A DNA stretch of 64,000 bases from Elsinoe ampelina (GCA_010093995.1 ML992502.1:1584312-1648311); one strand, 5' to 3'; counted from the first letter of the stretch, positions 11,271 through 24,853 are shown. Notes: generated from the sequence alone by a model not told the origin. Program-made: numbers and translations.

Positions 11271-14200
11271 TTACACACCTTCAACACCCAGTCCCTTCGC
11301 CTCTTCTCCCCCCTGCCTGTCAGTGACCTTGGCCTCCTCTTTCGTCTGGCCCGCTTCCGCTTTCGGCGTCCCCTGCACCCTCGGTGTCCCCATCACCCTC
11401 GGAGTCGCGCCAATCCTCGGACTCATCACCCCCTCTCCCGCCTCACCCTCGAACACATCCTTCAACAAGCCCGGCAAAAACCGATTCACGCCTTCCCACG
11501 TCGCATCCCACACCGCTCTCTGCGTCTCGCTTCTCTCATCCGTTCCAGCCCCTTGCTTCTCCGCCTCACCTTTCGTCTGCCCACCCGTTGTTGACTGCGA
11601 CGGCGGAGGAGGTACAAGAAAACCACCACTCATCATCACCAACAGTACATTCTTCAAACTCTCCCTGCCCGCATCCATGACTTCCCCTGCCCCCACCCCT
11701 CTGCCCGCAGACTTCATCAACCCCTCCTCCGCGGCCAGGATATCCCTCCACAACGGCACGACACCTCCCCACACCTTGGCCTGTCCCTGGCCCTGCCCCC
11801 CGCCCTGCTCCGTCCCCGTCCCGAACAACAAGGACAAATAAGCCAGAAAAGTCTTACAGACCAACTGCGCAGTCTGCACCCTCATCTCCCTCTTCCCCGC
11901 CTCGTCAAGCGACGCCAGCTCAGGGTTGAGCAACTCCTGCACCAACGGGAACAGCACGGAAGGGAAGATGGCGGTCCACTCCATGTGGGTATCCGACGCC
12001 AGACCAGGGGCTAGCAGACACCTCTGCAGGGAGGAAAAGGCCGCGAGGCGAATGTCCCTGCATGGGTTGAGGGATTGCATCGACAGCACCTGGAAGATGG
12101 GCGCCCAGTACGTCTGCCACGCTTCTGCCTTCTCGAGGTGCGAGGCCGATACCAAGAGGGGGACTTTGGTGATGAGGGATTGGATGAGTGTCATGCTTCT
12201 TGTGCCGCGGACGACGACGTCGGAGCGGGCGGGTTTCTCGGCGGTGGTGGCCGGGGAAGGGATGGGTTGGGAGGGGGGCTGGCGCCCGCGTCGAGACGGG
12301 GGTGGTTGAGCGGCTTTGGCTTCTTTGAGAGTGATTTCGGCGCCGGCGTTGGCGAAAGCGTTGAGGACGGAGACGGCGGGTTCGAAGTTGTCGGATGTCA
12401 CGGCTTGGGAGGAGGAGGAGATGATATCGTCTATCATGCGGAAAGCGAGCGGGGCGCCGTCGGGGAACTCGCGGAGGTTGTGCAGGAGGGACCAGAAGTC
12501 GGGGGAGGAGGTGATTTCGTTGCGTAGGGGAGAGGGCGTGGATATGCATTCGAAAAGACCTTTGAGGACGTGTTGTGCGGATTGCTTGAGGGTGTCTTGC
12601 TTGAGAGATGCGATTTGGTGCAGCACTACAGGTGCGCGTAGGAAGGAGTAGTCATTGGAGAACCGTAGTAGCGAGAGGAGATGATATGAGATGCGGGATA
12701 CTGCGACGGGGTGGAGACGTTCTGCGTCTCGAATCGCGGACGAAAGTATGTCTGATACCTCCTTTCCAAATGTCGACATGGTTTCGTTATCCCGAATAGT
12801 CAAAAGAGTCGCAAGTTCTGCGATAAACACAAAGGCCGGATCGTATGATGGTATGCCAGTGGCTTTCGTGCCATTTGGTCGTATAGGAGTCGGGGCGGGG
12901 ACCTCTGGCTTGACCGATATCACTCGAGGTGAAGCATCTTCTGGAACCAATGCCAGCATGGCATCCACTAGAGCGCGCAGAGTAGACAGTGGTAGCAAAC
13001 TAGAGACTGTCAGTGGTACGTCGACCTCGACATCAACTACACTTACCCTATGTTCGACAAGACCTCATCAACGCGGCAGGCAGTGATGCAATCGACAGTC
13101 AACAGAGTCGCCTCTATTTCCTGCTCATTTGGTTCCGGAGGTTCGTCATTCATTACGCTGGACACGTAAGACGTGAATGCAGAGAAGAGACCAATGTCGT
13201 TTGACTTTTCGTTCCGAGCGATGATCTGTGCCGGACTCTGCAGAGGTATCGATGGTAGGTCGAGAACTTTGGAAACATTCTTCAGCGAGTTGGGTATAAG
13301 AGAATTTGTGAAGAGGTTGAGGATAATGCGGAGAACAGTCGGCCAGCCTTCGCGGATTGCGCTCTCATGGCCATTGATGATGCGGAAGAGTATCAGAGTC
13401 GCTAACTCAGCCTTGCTCTCGCGACCGAAGTCAACGGCAAATTTGCTGACCATGATGCTCTTTCCTCCTGCTTGCACTTCCGTATTCAGTGCTGTACTAG
13501 GCGGACTGTCGGTCGCAAGAGTGCTAATCTTGCTCAGAGATGTGACTATGTGGTCAAGGCAATCCGTGAGCCCGTATTTGGCTGCAATCTGCGCACATTG
13601 GTCGAATCCAGCAACAACGCGTTGGAAGACTGTGTCATCTGTAGCCGACATGAAGACGTAGTTCAAGGTCGCCACTACTGGTCTCCATGTAGCGGCGAAC
13701 ATATCAGCGTCATAAAGGTTTGTGTTGCTAACGACAAGATCGCTGGCAGTAGTCGTCTTGACAAGAAGCTCTTTCCAAGCCGAGTCGAAGGCGTGCCTAT
13801 TATCGTGCTCTTCAGGAAGGATGATCTCCCGGGATTTGATCGAGTCGAAGATGTCTTGCAAGTATGCCGGATCGAAGTCCTTGCCATCGTTGACACCTCT
13901 CAGATTTCTGGAGAAGGCAGTGAAGTCCATGCGATTTTGCGCTTTGAGATTAGGATTGTGCTGATCTGTGTTCAGCATGATGATGGCGTAAGTAAGAACA
14001 TATACGGCGTCTTTGCTAGCGACCCCTTCTGGATTGCCATTGCCGCAATACTTCTCGGCAAATTCAGTGACGATGCGCTCAATTAGCTGTGACTCGCCAG
14101 GTAATCTGAATGTGTTGAGGAGCTGCCGGAGTGCCTCGTCCACTCTCTGTCCAGTAAATTCAAACAAATCCATGAACGCGTCGAGGATCGCGTAATTGTT

Positions 14201-16278
14201 CTTCTTTGACAGAAACTCGCCAAGGACCTTCTTGTCAATCCTGGTCGTTCCCTTCAGGAACTTGGCTACCGACTTCGGATTGTCGGGGTTGTCGATAACT
14301 CCTTGAGATGCAAGGAAGGCTATACCCGCTTGTGGCTTCTCGTTGAATTTGGTGGCACCTTTGATGATGGTCTTCTTCATCGACCTTTGCTCTCGCAAGA
14401 CCTTGACTTCGGGATATCCTTCGGCATTTGGCTCATCCTCCAATCGGTCTGCGACGAATTGTACATAGTTCAAGAGGGAGTCCAGGCAAAGCGGCGGAAC
14501 GTTGGTCGTGCTCCAGGTCGCTGAATCTGGAAAGGCATTTCGCGATAGTAGGCCCACCATGTCCAAGCAGAGGTCACTTCGATCAATATCGCAGTCGTAA
14601 TTGACAAACAATTCGACCATGAAGGTCGGCATCCGCACCAATGTTCCAACACTCTCGACCATTGACTCCCGTGCGTCCGGTTTGCGTGAGCCACCCTCCA
14701 TGCCTAATCGTTGTCTGTCTTTCACTGGAACAGGGGTCGATCGTCCGCTGGAGCTTCCACTCGGTGATGGCTTCACAAGACGAGGTGCCTGTGGGACACC
14801 TTCATAGAGAGATGGGTCGATATTAGGCTCATCCGGGATTGGCACCCGAGGATGTAAGCAGGCGACCAGATACGAGAGGTAGAGCTCTTGCTGGAGCTTG
14901 AGTACCTGGCGGCAGGTTGCTATCAGTGTACCAGCTACTCGCAGCGACTCATGGAGAATGGCAATGTTCTCAGAACGGACAAGCTGGAAGAGGTTTCGAC
15001 AGAGAGTATCCTTCGCCAAAGCCGCAAGGCTCGGTTGATATGCGATAGCTGGACCGGCAATCTCAAGCGCAACGTTGACTATTCGTAACGCCATGACACG
15101 CATTGTGTCTGTGTGCTGTCTGTCGAAGGGGTCGAGTAGATCTGATAGTACGCGGAAGAGTTCTCGTATCGAAGGCAACGAGTACGGCCTGATCTCTGCT
15201 GTCTCGGTCGCATCGATCTGCTTCGGCAGATCCACTTGACTGTTGTTGCGAGTATCAGACGAAGGCCGTCCAGAGGCTCCGCCAGGTAGTTCCAAGCTAG
15301 CAGAGCTTCTGTCTGCATTCTGCTGACCTCCAACCGCAGTGCTATCCACCGTCGAGTCAATCTTGAGTGCGTCCTTCTCCTCTTTGCTGGTCTCGGGCTC
15401 CAGGATTTCTCCTTCTGTCTCGAGATCCAGTGTCCGCAGCCTTTGGAAGATGGTCTGGCACATGGTCACCATTGATATCTCAGCGGATCTCCGCAGTACC
15501 TCTGTCGTCCTGAGATGACAGCAAAGACTGAGCCCACACTCCATCATCTCGCATACACTTTGATCTCCTAGTGTCTCTCCAGCAGGTCCTGTGATCATGA
15601 TCTCCATAAGTTTCAGTATCCGTAGGAAGACCACCTCGTCTGTTGCTGTGTTCTCGGCCTCGAACCTGCAGTGAGTGACCGTGGAGCTCAGAAGCTGCAT
15701 TCCATAGGCGAACTTCGGACTCTCGGGGCAAATCACGTTGTAGGCCAGCATCTTCGTGATTGCGATGAGCGCGAGGGATGTGATGGGAGCGGTAGTCGAA
15801 GATGATCGAATGACTTGCATGAAGGGCTGCAGGATTGCTGGCGTCTCGAACTTGCGGATATCTGCAAACATGTCAAATCAACGTATGAGGCTCTTTGATT
15901 GGTATTCGTACCTTTACAGCTCTTCAAATCGCTTCGCAACCTCGCAAATGCCGAAAGTAATGGATTGTCCTGCATACTGCTGCCTTTTTTGCCTCGTAGA
16001 CCCCATCGCCCTGTAAGTAATCCTTCTCCTTCCCCATTGACGCTGGACACCGAAGTACCTCGACTGTGGTCAATCTTGCCATTACCCAATGTCGGCCTTG
16101 CTGCAACTCCCCCTAGGATTGCCGAGACGGAAGAGTGAGCCCATCGCGCATGCTTTCGCATGGCAGATGTGACGGTGATACATTCTGTAATGACGAGCGC
16201 GACGGGATCGATCGCTACTGTAATTGGTCGAGAGGGTGTAGTGACATCGAGTCCAGCAATGCTGTCACCATTCTGCAT
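11271..16278 (-). CDS. GEA2: Sec7-domain ARF GEF, Gea1/2-GBF1 type
   Basis: DCB (HCRFE), HUS box VNYDCD, Sec7 FRLPGESQLIERI and IIMLNTDQHN; three ORFs joined by introns near 15910-15862 and 13050-13000. Confidence 0.93.
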
Positions 16279-16832
16279 GTTGGCTGCAGCTCCGGCGAGC
16301 TGGACAGAACAGGTGGAGGCCGTCAAGTGGGCGGGCTATTTTTGCGTGCGTAGTGTGCTCATCCGCATTGCCAGATGCAGGGACGATCTCCAAGCTCTCC
16401 AGAACGATAGAATGCGCTAAAGAGAGCTCTATTCTTGTTTGAGAACTTTCTTGAATGAGAATGGTCCGCGCGAGGACAGCTTGAAGATGCTTGGCAAAAG
16501 GCGGAATCTGAAAGCGTCCACCTGCAGTCTCCCCGCCGGGACGCGGAGCTCTCTCTGCTTCCACTTGAACCTGCTCTTACTGTACTTAATCCAGGCAGTG
16601 ATCATGCCCCCTTCAACGGTAGTGTATACATCTCACGCCTGCTGGGATGCTATTCAAGTTGCACTACCTTGACATGCTTGGCAACTTGCCGTGCCTCGGT
16701 GGCTTTGGGGTGATGCGATTGGACCTCTGGACGTGTTAATTCAGGCAACACCTGCTTTGCTCATTCATTCTTATACTCTGCTGCTTGCTGCGGAAATTCT
16801 TGTGTAAGTCATTCTTGACACTCTCCAAAGAC

Positions 16833-18658
16833 ATGGCAGCAGATCAAGAAAAGTCGTTCGACACTGCACGGCCAGGTGACATTGGGGAGGAATCAAAGGT
16901 GCGAGCGACAGACTATACGGCAGTCATCGTATGCGCTCGTCCCGTGGAGATAGCTGCTATGCGTGGTATGCTTGATCAGGAGCACACTTCTACTGGACTC
17001 GACAAAGGTACATACGTCCTCGGGTCCATCGGCGGCCACAACATTGTTCTTGCATCCTTAGGTGCCAGCGGTATGAATGATGCAAATGCGACGGTCCTGC
17101 AAGTATTGCACGACTTTAGCTCCATCCGATTCGGTCTCCTGGTCGGGTCGGAGGCGGAATACCGAGCAAAGGCGTCGACATCAGGCTTGGTGATGTTGTG
17201 GTCGGTGTACCTACCAGCACGTCTCCTGGACTTCTTCTATTCGACATAGCCAAAGGCCCTCACAGGTCCGAGGTCATCGTTGACAGGGATGTCGGACATC
17301 CTCCGAAGATGCTAACCGACGCGGTGGAACGGGTGCATAGTAGTCATCTGATGGGAGGTGACACAATATACGATCAACTTGATCATCTTCTATCACGGCG
17401 ACCCGGTATGCGCACACGCTTTGGAAAACCGCCAAAAGAAAACGACAAGCTCTTCATGCCTGGCTATCAACACGAAGGAGAGGGATCCTGTGTCGATTGT
17501 GACAAGGCACAGGTTATCAGCAGGCCAGCAAGACTTGACGACATTCCCAACGTCTTCTGCGGCACAGTCGGCTTGACCAACGCCACGACAAGAGAAAGCC
17601 ACATACGAGAGGACCTTTCGGGGAGAGGCATTCTCTGCATCGACAGGGAGCTCACCGGCCTGGTACAAAGCTTCCCATGCCTCGCTGTACGAGGTATATG
17701 TGACTACGCAGATTCGCACAAGTATCACGACTGGCATGGCTATGCCGCAGCCACAGCTGCAGCTTACGCCCGCGCGCTCCTACTGGACTTGGAACCTGCT
17801 TCAGTGCCTCAGCTCGATGCAGCGAAGGATGTGGTGAATACTGATGATGTCGATGACTTTCTTCTGCCAAACGGTAGGTCCCACAGAGTGTTATTGAGAA
17901 GACGATTAATCATATCCGTAGTGAACACTATCTGGACAGTCCCGGGCGCTCCTACCACGATTCCTGCCAACCATGCCAAAGCACATAGTCGTTTCAAGGA
18001 TGAGTGCAAGAAGGGGATGAATTGGAAAGACCCTGACAACAAAATCATGCTTCTCGATGGGGTTGACAAGGAAGGCCATGCTGCATTCACCTCCAACTTT
18101 GCTTGGCTTGTCCGCCGTCGGTAAGTATCGACCTTAACAATGATGGAAAAATGATGGAAACATCGTCCTCTGACAACTTCCAGTTTCTGGGCCGTCTTCT
18201 ACATCCGAGCATCGTCCGAAAGTGAGCTTGAACGTGCCCTCTTGCAGCAAGTAGCTTCCCACCACCAGACGAACGACTGGCAGGCAGCAAAAGCCTGGAT
18301 CGAGGGCTTGAAACAGCACTGGCTTTTCATCTTGCTCGACACCAGCAAAGACAAGGACAGCCATGGCAAAGGACATCAGAAAGCCCGTCCAGCTACATTG
18401 GACTATACCAAGTACATCCCAACAGGATCCGGCGGGCTAGTCCTGATCTCCTCTGACCTCAAATGGAGCGCCACCACTCTCAGAACGCAAACGATCAATT
18501 GTGAATCAAGTGCGTCCCTGGACGGGTATCTGGAGTGGACGGGAATGATCATCATCCTTGTGATCGGTTTCATCTTCGCGAGCACAGCAGTCATGCTGTT
18601 CTTCACGTCACTTGCAAAATACGTATGGAACCCTATGCTCGAATACCTCATGGGCTAG
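16833..18658 (+). pseudogene. Frameshifted PNP_UDP_1 (nucleoside phosphorylase) protein with degenerate NB-ARC-like region and C-terminal TM helix
   Basis: DYTAVIVCARPVE, YVLGSIGGHNIV, IRFGLLVG, then a 1-nt shift at 17147/17148 to GGGIPSKGVDIRLGDVVV; RGICDYADSHK; intron 18121-18183 leads to FWAVFYIRASS...WLFILLD...GLVLISS. Confidence 0.75.
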
Positions 18659-18812
18659 GCTGACGGGACTCTTCGCTCATTGCACCCTCCACGGACAAGT
18701 TTCATAGGAGCATGATTAGGCAACCATCACAATTCGTATTTCCCATCCTTAGTACACTGACCACGCCACCGTCCCCCCCTTCCCTGCCCCATCCTCCCAT
18801 CCCCTCCCCAAT

Positions 18813-19259
18813 CTACTGACTACACTGCAACCTCACACTCCTAATAAACGCATTCGCCCCAATCCCGGACGACGTGGGGTAACACCTCCCCTGCTGACTC
18901 GGCCCCGTGATGGTCAAGAACGACGTCCCAAAGCACGTATCCGTCGTGTACCCAAACAGCGTGCAGCGAGCCGGGATACCAGATGTCGTCTGGAACTGGA
19001 CCGCGCGCGCGGGGAAGTCGAGGATTTTGCAGGTGTTCTGGTAGAAGGTGCTGACGCCGCGGGCTGTGCCGCAGGTTGCGGTGAGGTAGGAGGTGAGGAA
19101 GTAGGGTCCAATGGGGGCGGGGGAGGTGCCTTGCGCTTCAGGGGCGGGGGCGGCGGAGGTGAGGGCGAGGGTGGTGAGGAGGGTCTGGGAGGGGGTCAGT
19201 TGGGATGGGATTGGGAGGGGAGGGTGAAGGGAGTTTACGGTTGGGAGGGAGAGCTTCAT
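18813..19259 (-). CDS. Small secreted cysteine-rich protein (effector candidate)
   Basis: Removing 54-nt intron 19238-19185 gives signal peptide MKLSLPTTLLTTLALTSAAP; about 130 aa with 6 Cys. Confidence 0.8.
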   Translation of the reverse strand: MKLSLPTVNSLHPPLPIPSQLTPSQTLLTTLALTSAAPAPEAQGTSPAPIGPYFLTSYLTATCGTARGVSTFYQNTCKILDFPARAVQFQTTSGIPARCTLFGYTTDTCFGTSFLTITGPSQQGRCYPTSSGIGANAFIRSVRLQCSQ

Positions 19260-20707
19260 TTTGAAGATTTGGTAGTCGTCTGGTAAGATTGGTATCTGCA
19301 GGGCTGTAGTTGCTGGTTACCTGGCTCTGCTTCGAGGACGTCTCGAGCCATCTTATACTTGTCGAGGATTCCCTTCTGCTCAGTATACCCGAGCACATTA
19401 CAACCATCCATCGTCCCCTACCAGGCTCAAAGTAGCGACACACCAACCACAAGCCCACCTTTCCCTTTCCCATCCCACCTCCTCCATGCGTTCATCATCG
19501 CCAGCCAACGCACCCTTCATCCCCGTCGGAAACCGGCACCAAGATCCTCTACAAACCTTCTGCACGTCAGTGCTTCCAGAAGTTACAGTGCTGTGGCGCT
19601 GTGGCACTCACCTTACCCTCTGGAGCACCAGACGACCTGCTCCTCTCGCTCTGGTGCCGCAGGCGACTTGCGCGCGATCGTCTGATCGCCACATGTTGGG
19701 GGGACGTTCATCGCTCGAGATGCCCCGAAAGGGTGAAGCTGGAACGCGAGCCGTGAAGCGGTGACTACCCACCAACAGACCACTATACTAAGCTTTCGAC
19801 CGTGCAGGATACGCGAAGAAACTCGAGGCCGCCCCACGGGAAACGTATAGTCATCGACATGGCTGTTCTCGAAATCCATCGCAGAGCTTGTACTGTACCT
19901 GGACGATTCTCGCTCTCACATGACCTACCACAATCTATCACTCCAGACCTACCATTCACCTTCACGTTGATCCAATCCCCCTCCTCCCCTCACATTGGTC
20001 CTGCCACGGTTAAACTACCGAGACACAACCTCCCAACCCAGGTCCACGGAACTCAGATATAGTAGCCCCCGCAACCACAACCGAGTCGGTGGAAGAGCGG
20101 TGATTTGGCCCGTCCCATGCCCAGACATTCGGGTAAAAGGCAATTCCGGTAGCGAGCTCGTGGGTGGCAGAGGTGGCGGGAGTTTATGCTAAATAATTCC
20201 GCCAGTCTGGGGTGGGCTTGGTATGCACTTGTACCTGACGAGAAAAGGTTCGCTAATATGCGGTGTTGTTCTCTTGTCTAGGTCGAGAGCATGGAGACAA
20301 TACTCGATCATATCCACGTCTACATATCTACACAAAGCCATGCCCAGATAAGAAGCCTGCGCCATGACCTTTCCACCTCGTTTCCCGCCTGCCGAGTCGA
20401 CTGCAAAATATGCAGATATAGTACTCCATAATGTATTCCGCCGAATGCGCCAGGCTACCTGTTTCTACTTTCCCGGTGCAGTCGGCGCTTTGTGTGCTAC
20501 TTTGCTGAAGTCGTTGCGTCGTGACTCGGGTCTCTTCCTCTTTGGTTTGCTTCTTCGGTTCAGGCTTCTGGTCCGATGCGCCCTTTGCTGCCTTTGCTCC
20601 TGCCTGTGTTGGCTTTTGAGCGTTTGCTACCGGCTTTGCTGTCGGCTGCCTTCTTCACTGGCCTGCGCTTGTCAGCACAAAGATCTTCTAGTGGGGCGAG
20701 GATCGTC

Positions 20708-22380
20708 CTACTTGTCGTCCTCCGCTGGCTTCCCGGCCTTCTTCTTCGTAGGAGCATCATCCTCTTCGGCTGAACCTTTCGGTCCCTTGGCCGCTGCTGC
20801 CTTCTTGCTGTCCTTCTCCTTTGTGCCTACCTTTGCATCTGCCTTTTTGCTGTCCGTCTCCTCCGAATCGGCCGTCTCCTCTGCAGCAGCCTTTTCCTTC
20901 AGGTCGTTAAGAACGTCCTTGTCCTTTGCCCACTCATCCTTGTTGTTATCAAAGGTCGAGCTGATCTTATCGAGCCGCTCCTTCTTCGCCTTCTCCTCTG
21001 CCTCCTTTTTCTTACGCTCCTTCTCCATCTCTTCCATGTGTCTGATATCGTCGACCGAGGGCTCGTACAGATGCCAGATCGTGTAATGTGGCAGACCAAC
21101 AACTGAGAACTTCATCCGTTTGGCCATCTGCAAAGTGATTAGTACTGAGACAGAACCAGCGAAGGAGTCCTTCTACCTTTCCAAAACCTTCTGTCTCTGC
21201 ATGCTTCTCAAAACTGAATGCGGGAAAGTGCACGCCTGCTCGGAACACCTTTGCCTTTGCCAAAATACTAACACCGCCAACTCCGTCGATCTCCATCTCC
21301 ATGTCAGGGTCGCCGTACGGATCTCTGAGGTAAGCAAGATGTGGGCGCCAAGTCGCGTACTCTGCGTATCCTTCAACAATAACCGCATCCTCGTCCAAAG
21401 TATCTGCTAGTGCCAGTGCAGTTTCCGACTCTTGCCATGAGTTCAAATCGTACGGTTGCTCACCACCGAGCCACTCGGGAAGAGGTCTCCACACATCTAT
21501 GCGGGTCAGCCAATATATCCACGTCCGTGTAGGCGATGCGTCTCACTTGGAACAATGACATCCTTGTTATGGCGCATCAAATCCTCCAAAATCGTGAACG
21601 GTGCCGTCTCGACATCCACATCTCTCCAATATACCCAGCTGTGTGTTGGCCTCAACGCGGCACTCAACAACCAGTTCCGCGCCTGCGCCATGCTCTTACG
21701 CCTGCTCGCCTGCGCCGCGAACCCGTGTCGACTCTCCACATCCTGGTTGACCTTCTGCCCAAAGTCCTTCTCTATCACACTGATCTCGCCGAACGCTTGC
21801 TTTGGGTCTTCTGCTGCTTGGAGATCGCCGAGAAAGTCTGAAAGAAGCTGAATGGTATTGTCCTTGCTGTCTCCTACCAGGAACGCCAGATCAATGAGGT
21901 GGTGCGGATAGGTCAGGTTTCGGAGATGGGAGAAGAACATGGGTAGATGTGGTGCGGCATCTCGAAGCGGCGCGCAGAGTAGTATACGTTCTTCTCTTTC
22001 CCACCCGCGAGCTGTTCCCTCGACATTCGCGAGATCGTAGTATCGGACCGTCTCGAGGTGGAGTTGTGGTGTGGTGGAGAAGAGTCCGAGGCCGACCGCA
22101 GGGATGAAGGCGGGTCGGGCTGAAGGGTAGAAGAAGAAAACCACAGTCATGAATAATGAGAATCCAAGAGCGAGTCGGAAGATGAGCTGTTTCCGACGCC
22201 GCAGTGCTGGCTGAGATCGGGGTTGGAATCTGGAAGAGTCAGCTAGGAGGACACCAAGACCTTGTTGTGTCCGTACTTGTGCGGTTGTATCGAGAAGGCC
22301 TTGCCCATCGGATAGGCGCCTCCATTGGAGTATCGTTCATCCTTCTCCTTCTTGTACGTTTGGTTGAAAGTAGGCAACAT
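20708..22380 (-). CDS. ANP1: Mannan polymerase subunit Anp1 (GT62)
   Basis: LRNLTYPHHLIDLAFLV, ARNWLLSAALRP, WRDVDVE, WRPLPEWLGGEQPYDLNSWQES, HAETEGFGK; type II TM anchor, charged tail. 3' end may extend to ~20560 through another intron. Confidence 0.9.
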
Positions 22381-23903
22381 GATGAAGATGGTCGCTCGAG
22401 AAGTGAAAGTGAGGGGATGGCCAACTGGCCTGGAGCTGTGGTGGTAGCTCAAGCAGGTGGTTGACGGGCTCGTTGGTCAGTGTGGACAGTCGCGGTGGTG
22501 AGAGCAAATAATTGTGCCCGGACCGAGCTACTTGTTATGTCGCATCCAGGGAGTGCACCTTGCTCCTATCAGCCTCCTAGTTGACTGTCACGTTTCCATA
22601 CACTCGGGAAAGGCCGGGGTCGCTGCCTCTGTAATTCGCTCCAGTGCCCGATTCTTGTCAATTCAATAATGTACAGCGGCTTGTTTATGCTTGGGTGAGA
22701 TGAATTTAAGGGAGGTCCCAAGATCATCTAGAATACGGACGACGTTGAACCTTCTTGGCGGCTGCTTCTCGGTCTTTGCGCCTGCGATGCGGCTCAACAG
22801 GTCAAGTTTCAGGTCTACGCTAGCACGTAAAGAGGCATGACACGAGGCAAGGGACGGCAACGACACGTAGGGCACAAAGACGGAGCGAAATCGAGCCGGG
22901 ATATCTCCAATATTCATCATGCAAAGCTACATAAATTAACAATGAATGGTTCAAATGGTATCTGCACGAGCAATTAGCACCCGTCCAACATCAACATAAC
23001 AGAAGTGTTGTCGAAGAAGGCTCCTCAGAAAAGCCGATTTACTCCTGCCTCTGCCCCTACGCCCTTCCAGCAGGTCCAAGACGAACAAGCCGGAAGAGTG
23101 CTTGGTAACCAGTAGCGAGAGGCGAGACCGAAGTCAAGCCATTGCTGACTCCACAACCGATCCTCGCCGACAAGCAGCTACGGTATGGGAGCTTGGCCAG
23201 GGCTCAAGGCTCATTGAATGGATAGACTTCTGTCATCATAGAGAGCTGTGGAATGGTCCGATAGAAGGCATGTTCTTACCTTGTTGGAGATGTAGGTCGA
23301 TTTGAAACAAGACTATCTGTCGCTTCGTCAGTACAGAATCGTCATGAGTGGTCAAGCCAGACAGAGTAGTGGAATATGAGAGATCAGACAAGGTAAGCAT
23401 GGTATGTGCTGTCCACATTGGTATTCAGTAGCAGAACTGAAAAGAAAATACCGTCATCATGAAAGGTCGAGTATCAGAGTAGGAAAGAGCGAAAACGTAC
23501 CAAGTGATGAATGCAAAGGATATGCAGCGGTCTACCAAGGGTACCTATTTTATGTCAGCAACCGTCGTCGCCTGTGCTATTCTCTTGCTAAAGTGGTTCG
23601 TTTGTGCTGAGATCAGATGGTAGTGCATGTTGTTCGTGGATCATGAAATCACCGGAACTATTCGTGTTGTGTATTCCTCCTGTAAGACGACTATGTTGAG
23701 TCTTTCGTACGTACCTCGTAATCACACATGCCAGATATCGACACCGGCATGTTCATGTCGAAGAGAAGAAGCAGATCTCGTCCACAGCCAAAATTTCAAT
23801 CGATGCGGCTCTTCTCGCGTAAACCTTCCCATCTCGTTCTCACTTTTTCCGAGCTCCATCACCAATCCCACATCATCCCACCTTACCCTCTCTACACCCA
23901 ACC

Positions 23904-24782
23904 ATGACCGACCGCCGCCGTCTCAATCCCCCAGCAGGCGGCACCTCTGCCCCTCTCTTCGCCAAGTCCCCCGATCCCACACCATCCCGGACCCGACCCC
24001 CCTCACAACCCCGCCGCATCTTCCTCCAAACCGGCCTCGTCCCCTCCGCCTCCGGCTCAGCATACTACGAAACATCCCCCTCCGCTTCCAGCGACAGCTT
24101 CTCCTCCGCCACCTCCTCGCTGAAACTCACCGTCACCGTCCACGGCCCGCGCCCTCTACCTCGACAGACACCTTACTCCCCCACGCTCCTGCTGAACACA
24201 CACGTCAAGTTCGCCCCGTTCGCAACGAGGGTGAGGAGGGGCTACGTCAGGGATGCGGTCGAGCGGGATCTGGGCGCACATCTCGAGACGGCGCTCAGGG
24301 GTGTGATTCTGGCGGAGAGGTTCCCGAAGAGTGCGTGTGATGTGGTGGTTACCATACTCGAAGGGGAAGAGCAGGGAGAGGGGAAGACAGGGGTGGGAGG
24401 AGTAGGGCTTATGAGTGTGCTGGCTGGTGCGATCACGGCGAGTTCGGCGGCGCTGGTGGATGCGGGAATCGATTGTGTGGATTTGGTCAGTGGAGGGGTT
24501 GCGGGAAGAGTCAAGGGGGAGTTGGTGGTTGATCCTGTGCAAGGGGAGCATGAGGGCGTAGAGGCGGTCGGAGTGGTGGGATATCTGCAGAGTAGGGATG
24601 AGGTCACGGAGTTATGGGTGAAGGGAGATGTGGGGGCTGATCCGACCGCATTGGTGGACAAGGCTGTTGAGGCTGCGCAGATGAGCCGGGTTGTTCTCGC
24701 GGCGACATTGAGGAATGCAGTAGAGAGGAAGCTGAAGGAGTCCGCGCAAGAAGCAAACGGCACGGCAGAAGCGACTGGGTGA
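23904..24782 (+). CDS. MTR3: Exosome RNase PH-like subunit Mtr3
   Basis: MTDRRRLNPP, ASGSAYYE, VHGPRP, VKFAPFA, RFPKSACDVVVTILE, AALVDAGI. Confidence 0.88.
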   Translation: MTDRRRLNPPAGGTSAPLFAKSPDPTPSRTRPPSQPRRIFLQTGLVPSASGSAYYETSPSASSDSFSSATSSLKLTVTVHGPRPLPRQTPYSPTLLLNTHVKFAPFATRVRRGYVRDAVERDLGAHLETALRGVILAERFPKSACDVVVTILEGEEQGEGKTGVGGVGLMSVLAGAITASSAALVDAGIDCVDLVSGGVAGRVKGELVVDPVQGEHEGVEAVGVVGYLQSRDEVTELWVKGDVGADPTALVDKAVEAAQMSRVVLAATLRNAVERKLKESAQEANGTAEATG

Positions 24783-24853
24783 ACTGCACATGGTCACGAT
24801 TGCGCAATACCCAAGCAGCAGTGATGTCAAAATGCGATTTGGGGGTATCTATA

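Noticed and set aside
23504..23610. GTGATGA...CTGA resembling C/D snoRNA boxes
   Set aside because: No terminal stem and no rRNA-complementary guide I could recognise.
22663..23700. Short ORFs and a possible spliced gene between ANP1 and MTR3
   Set aside because: No recognisable homology, and the attempted splice model hits a stop codon.
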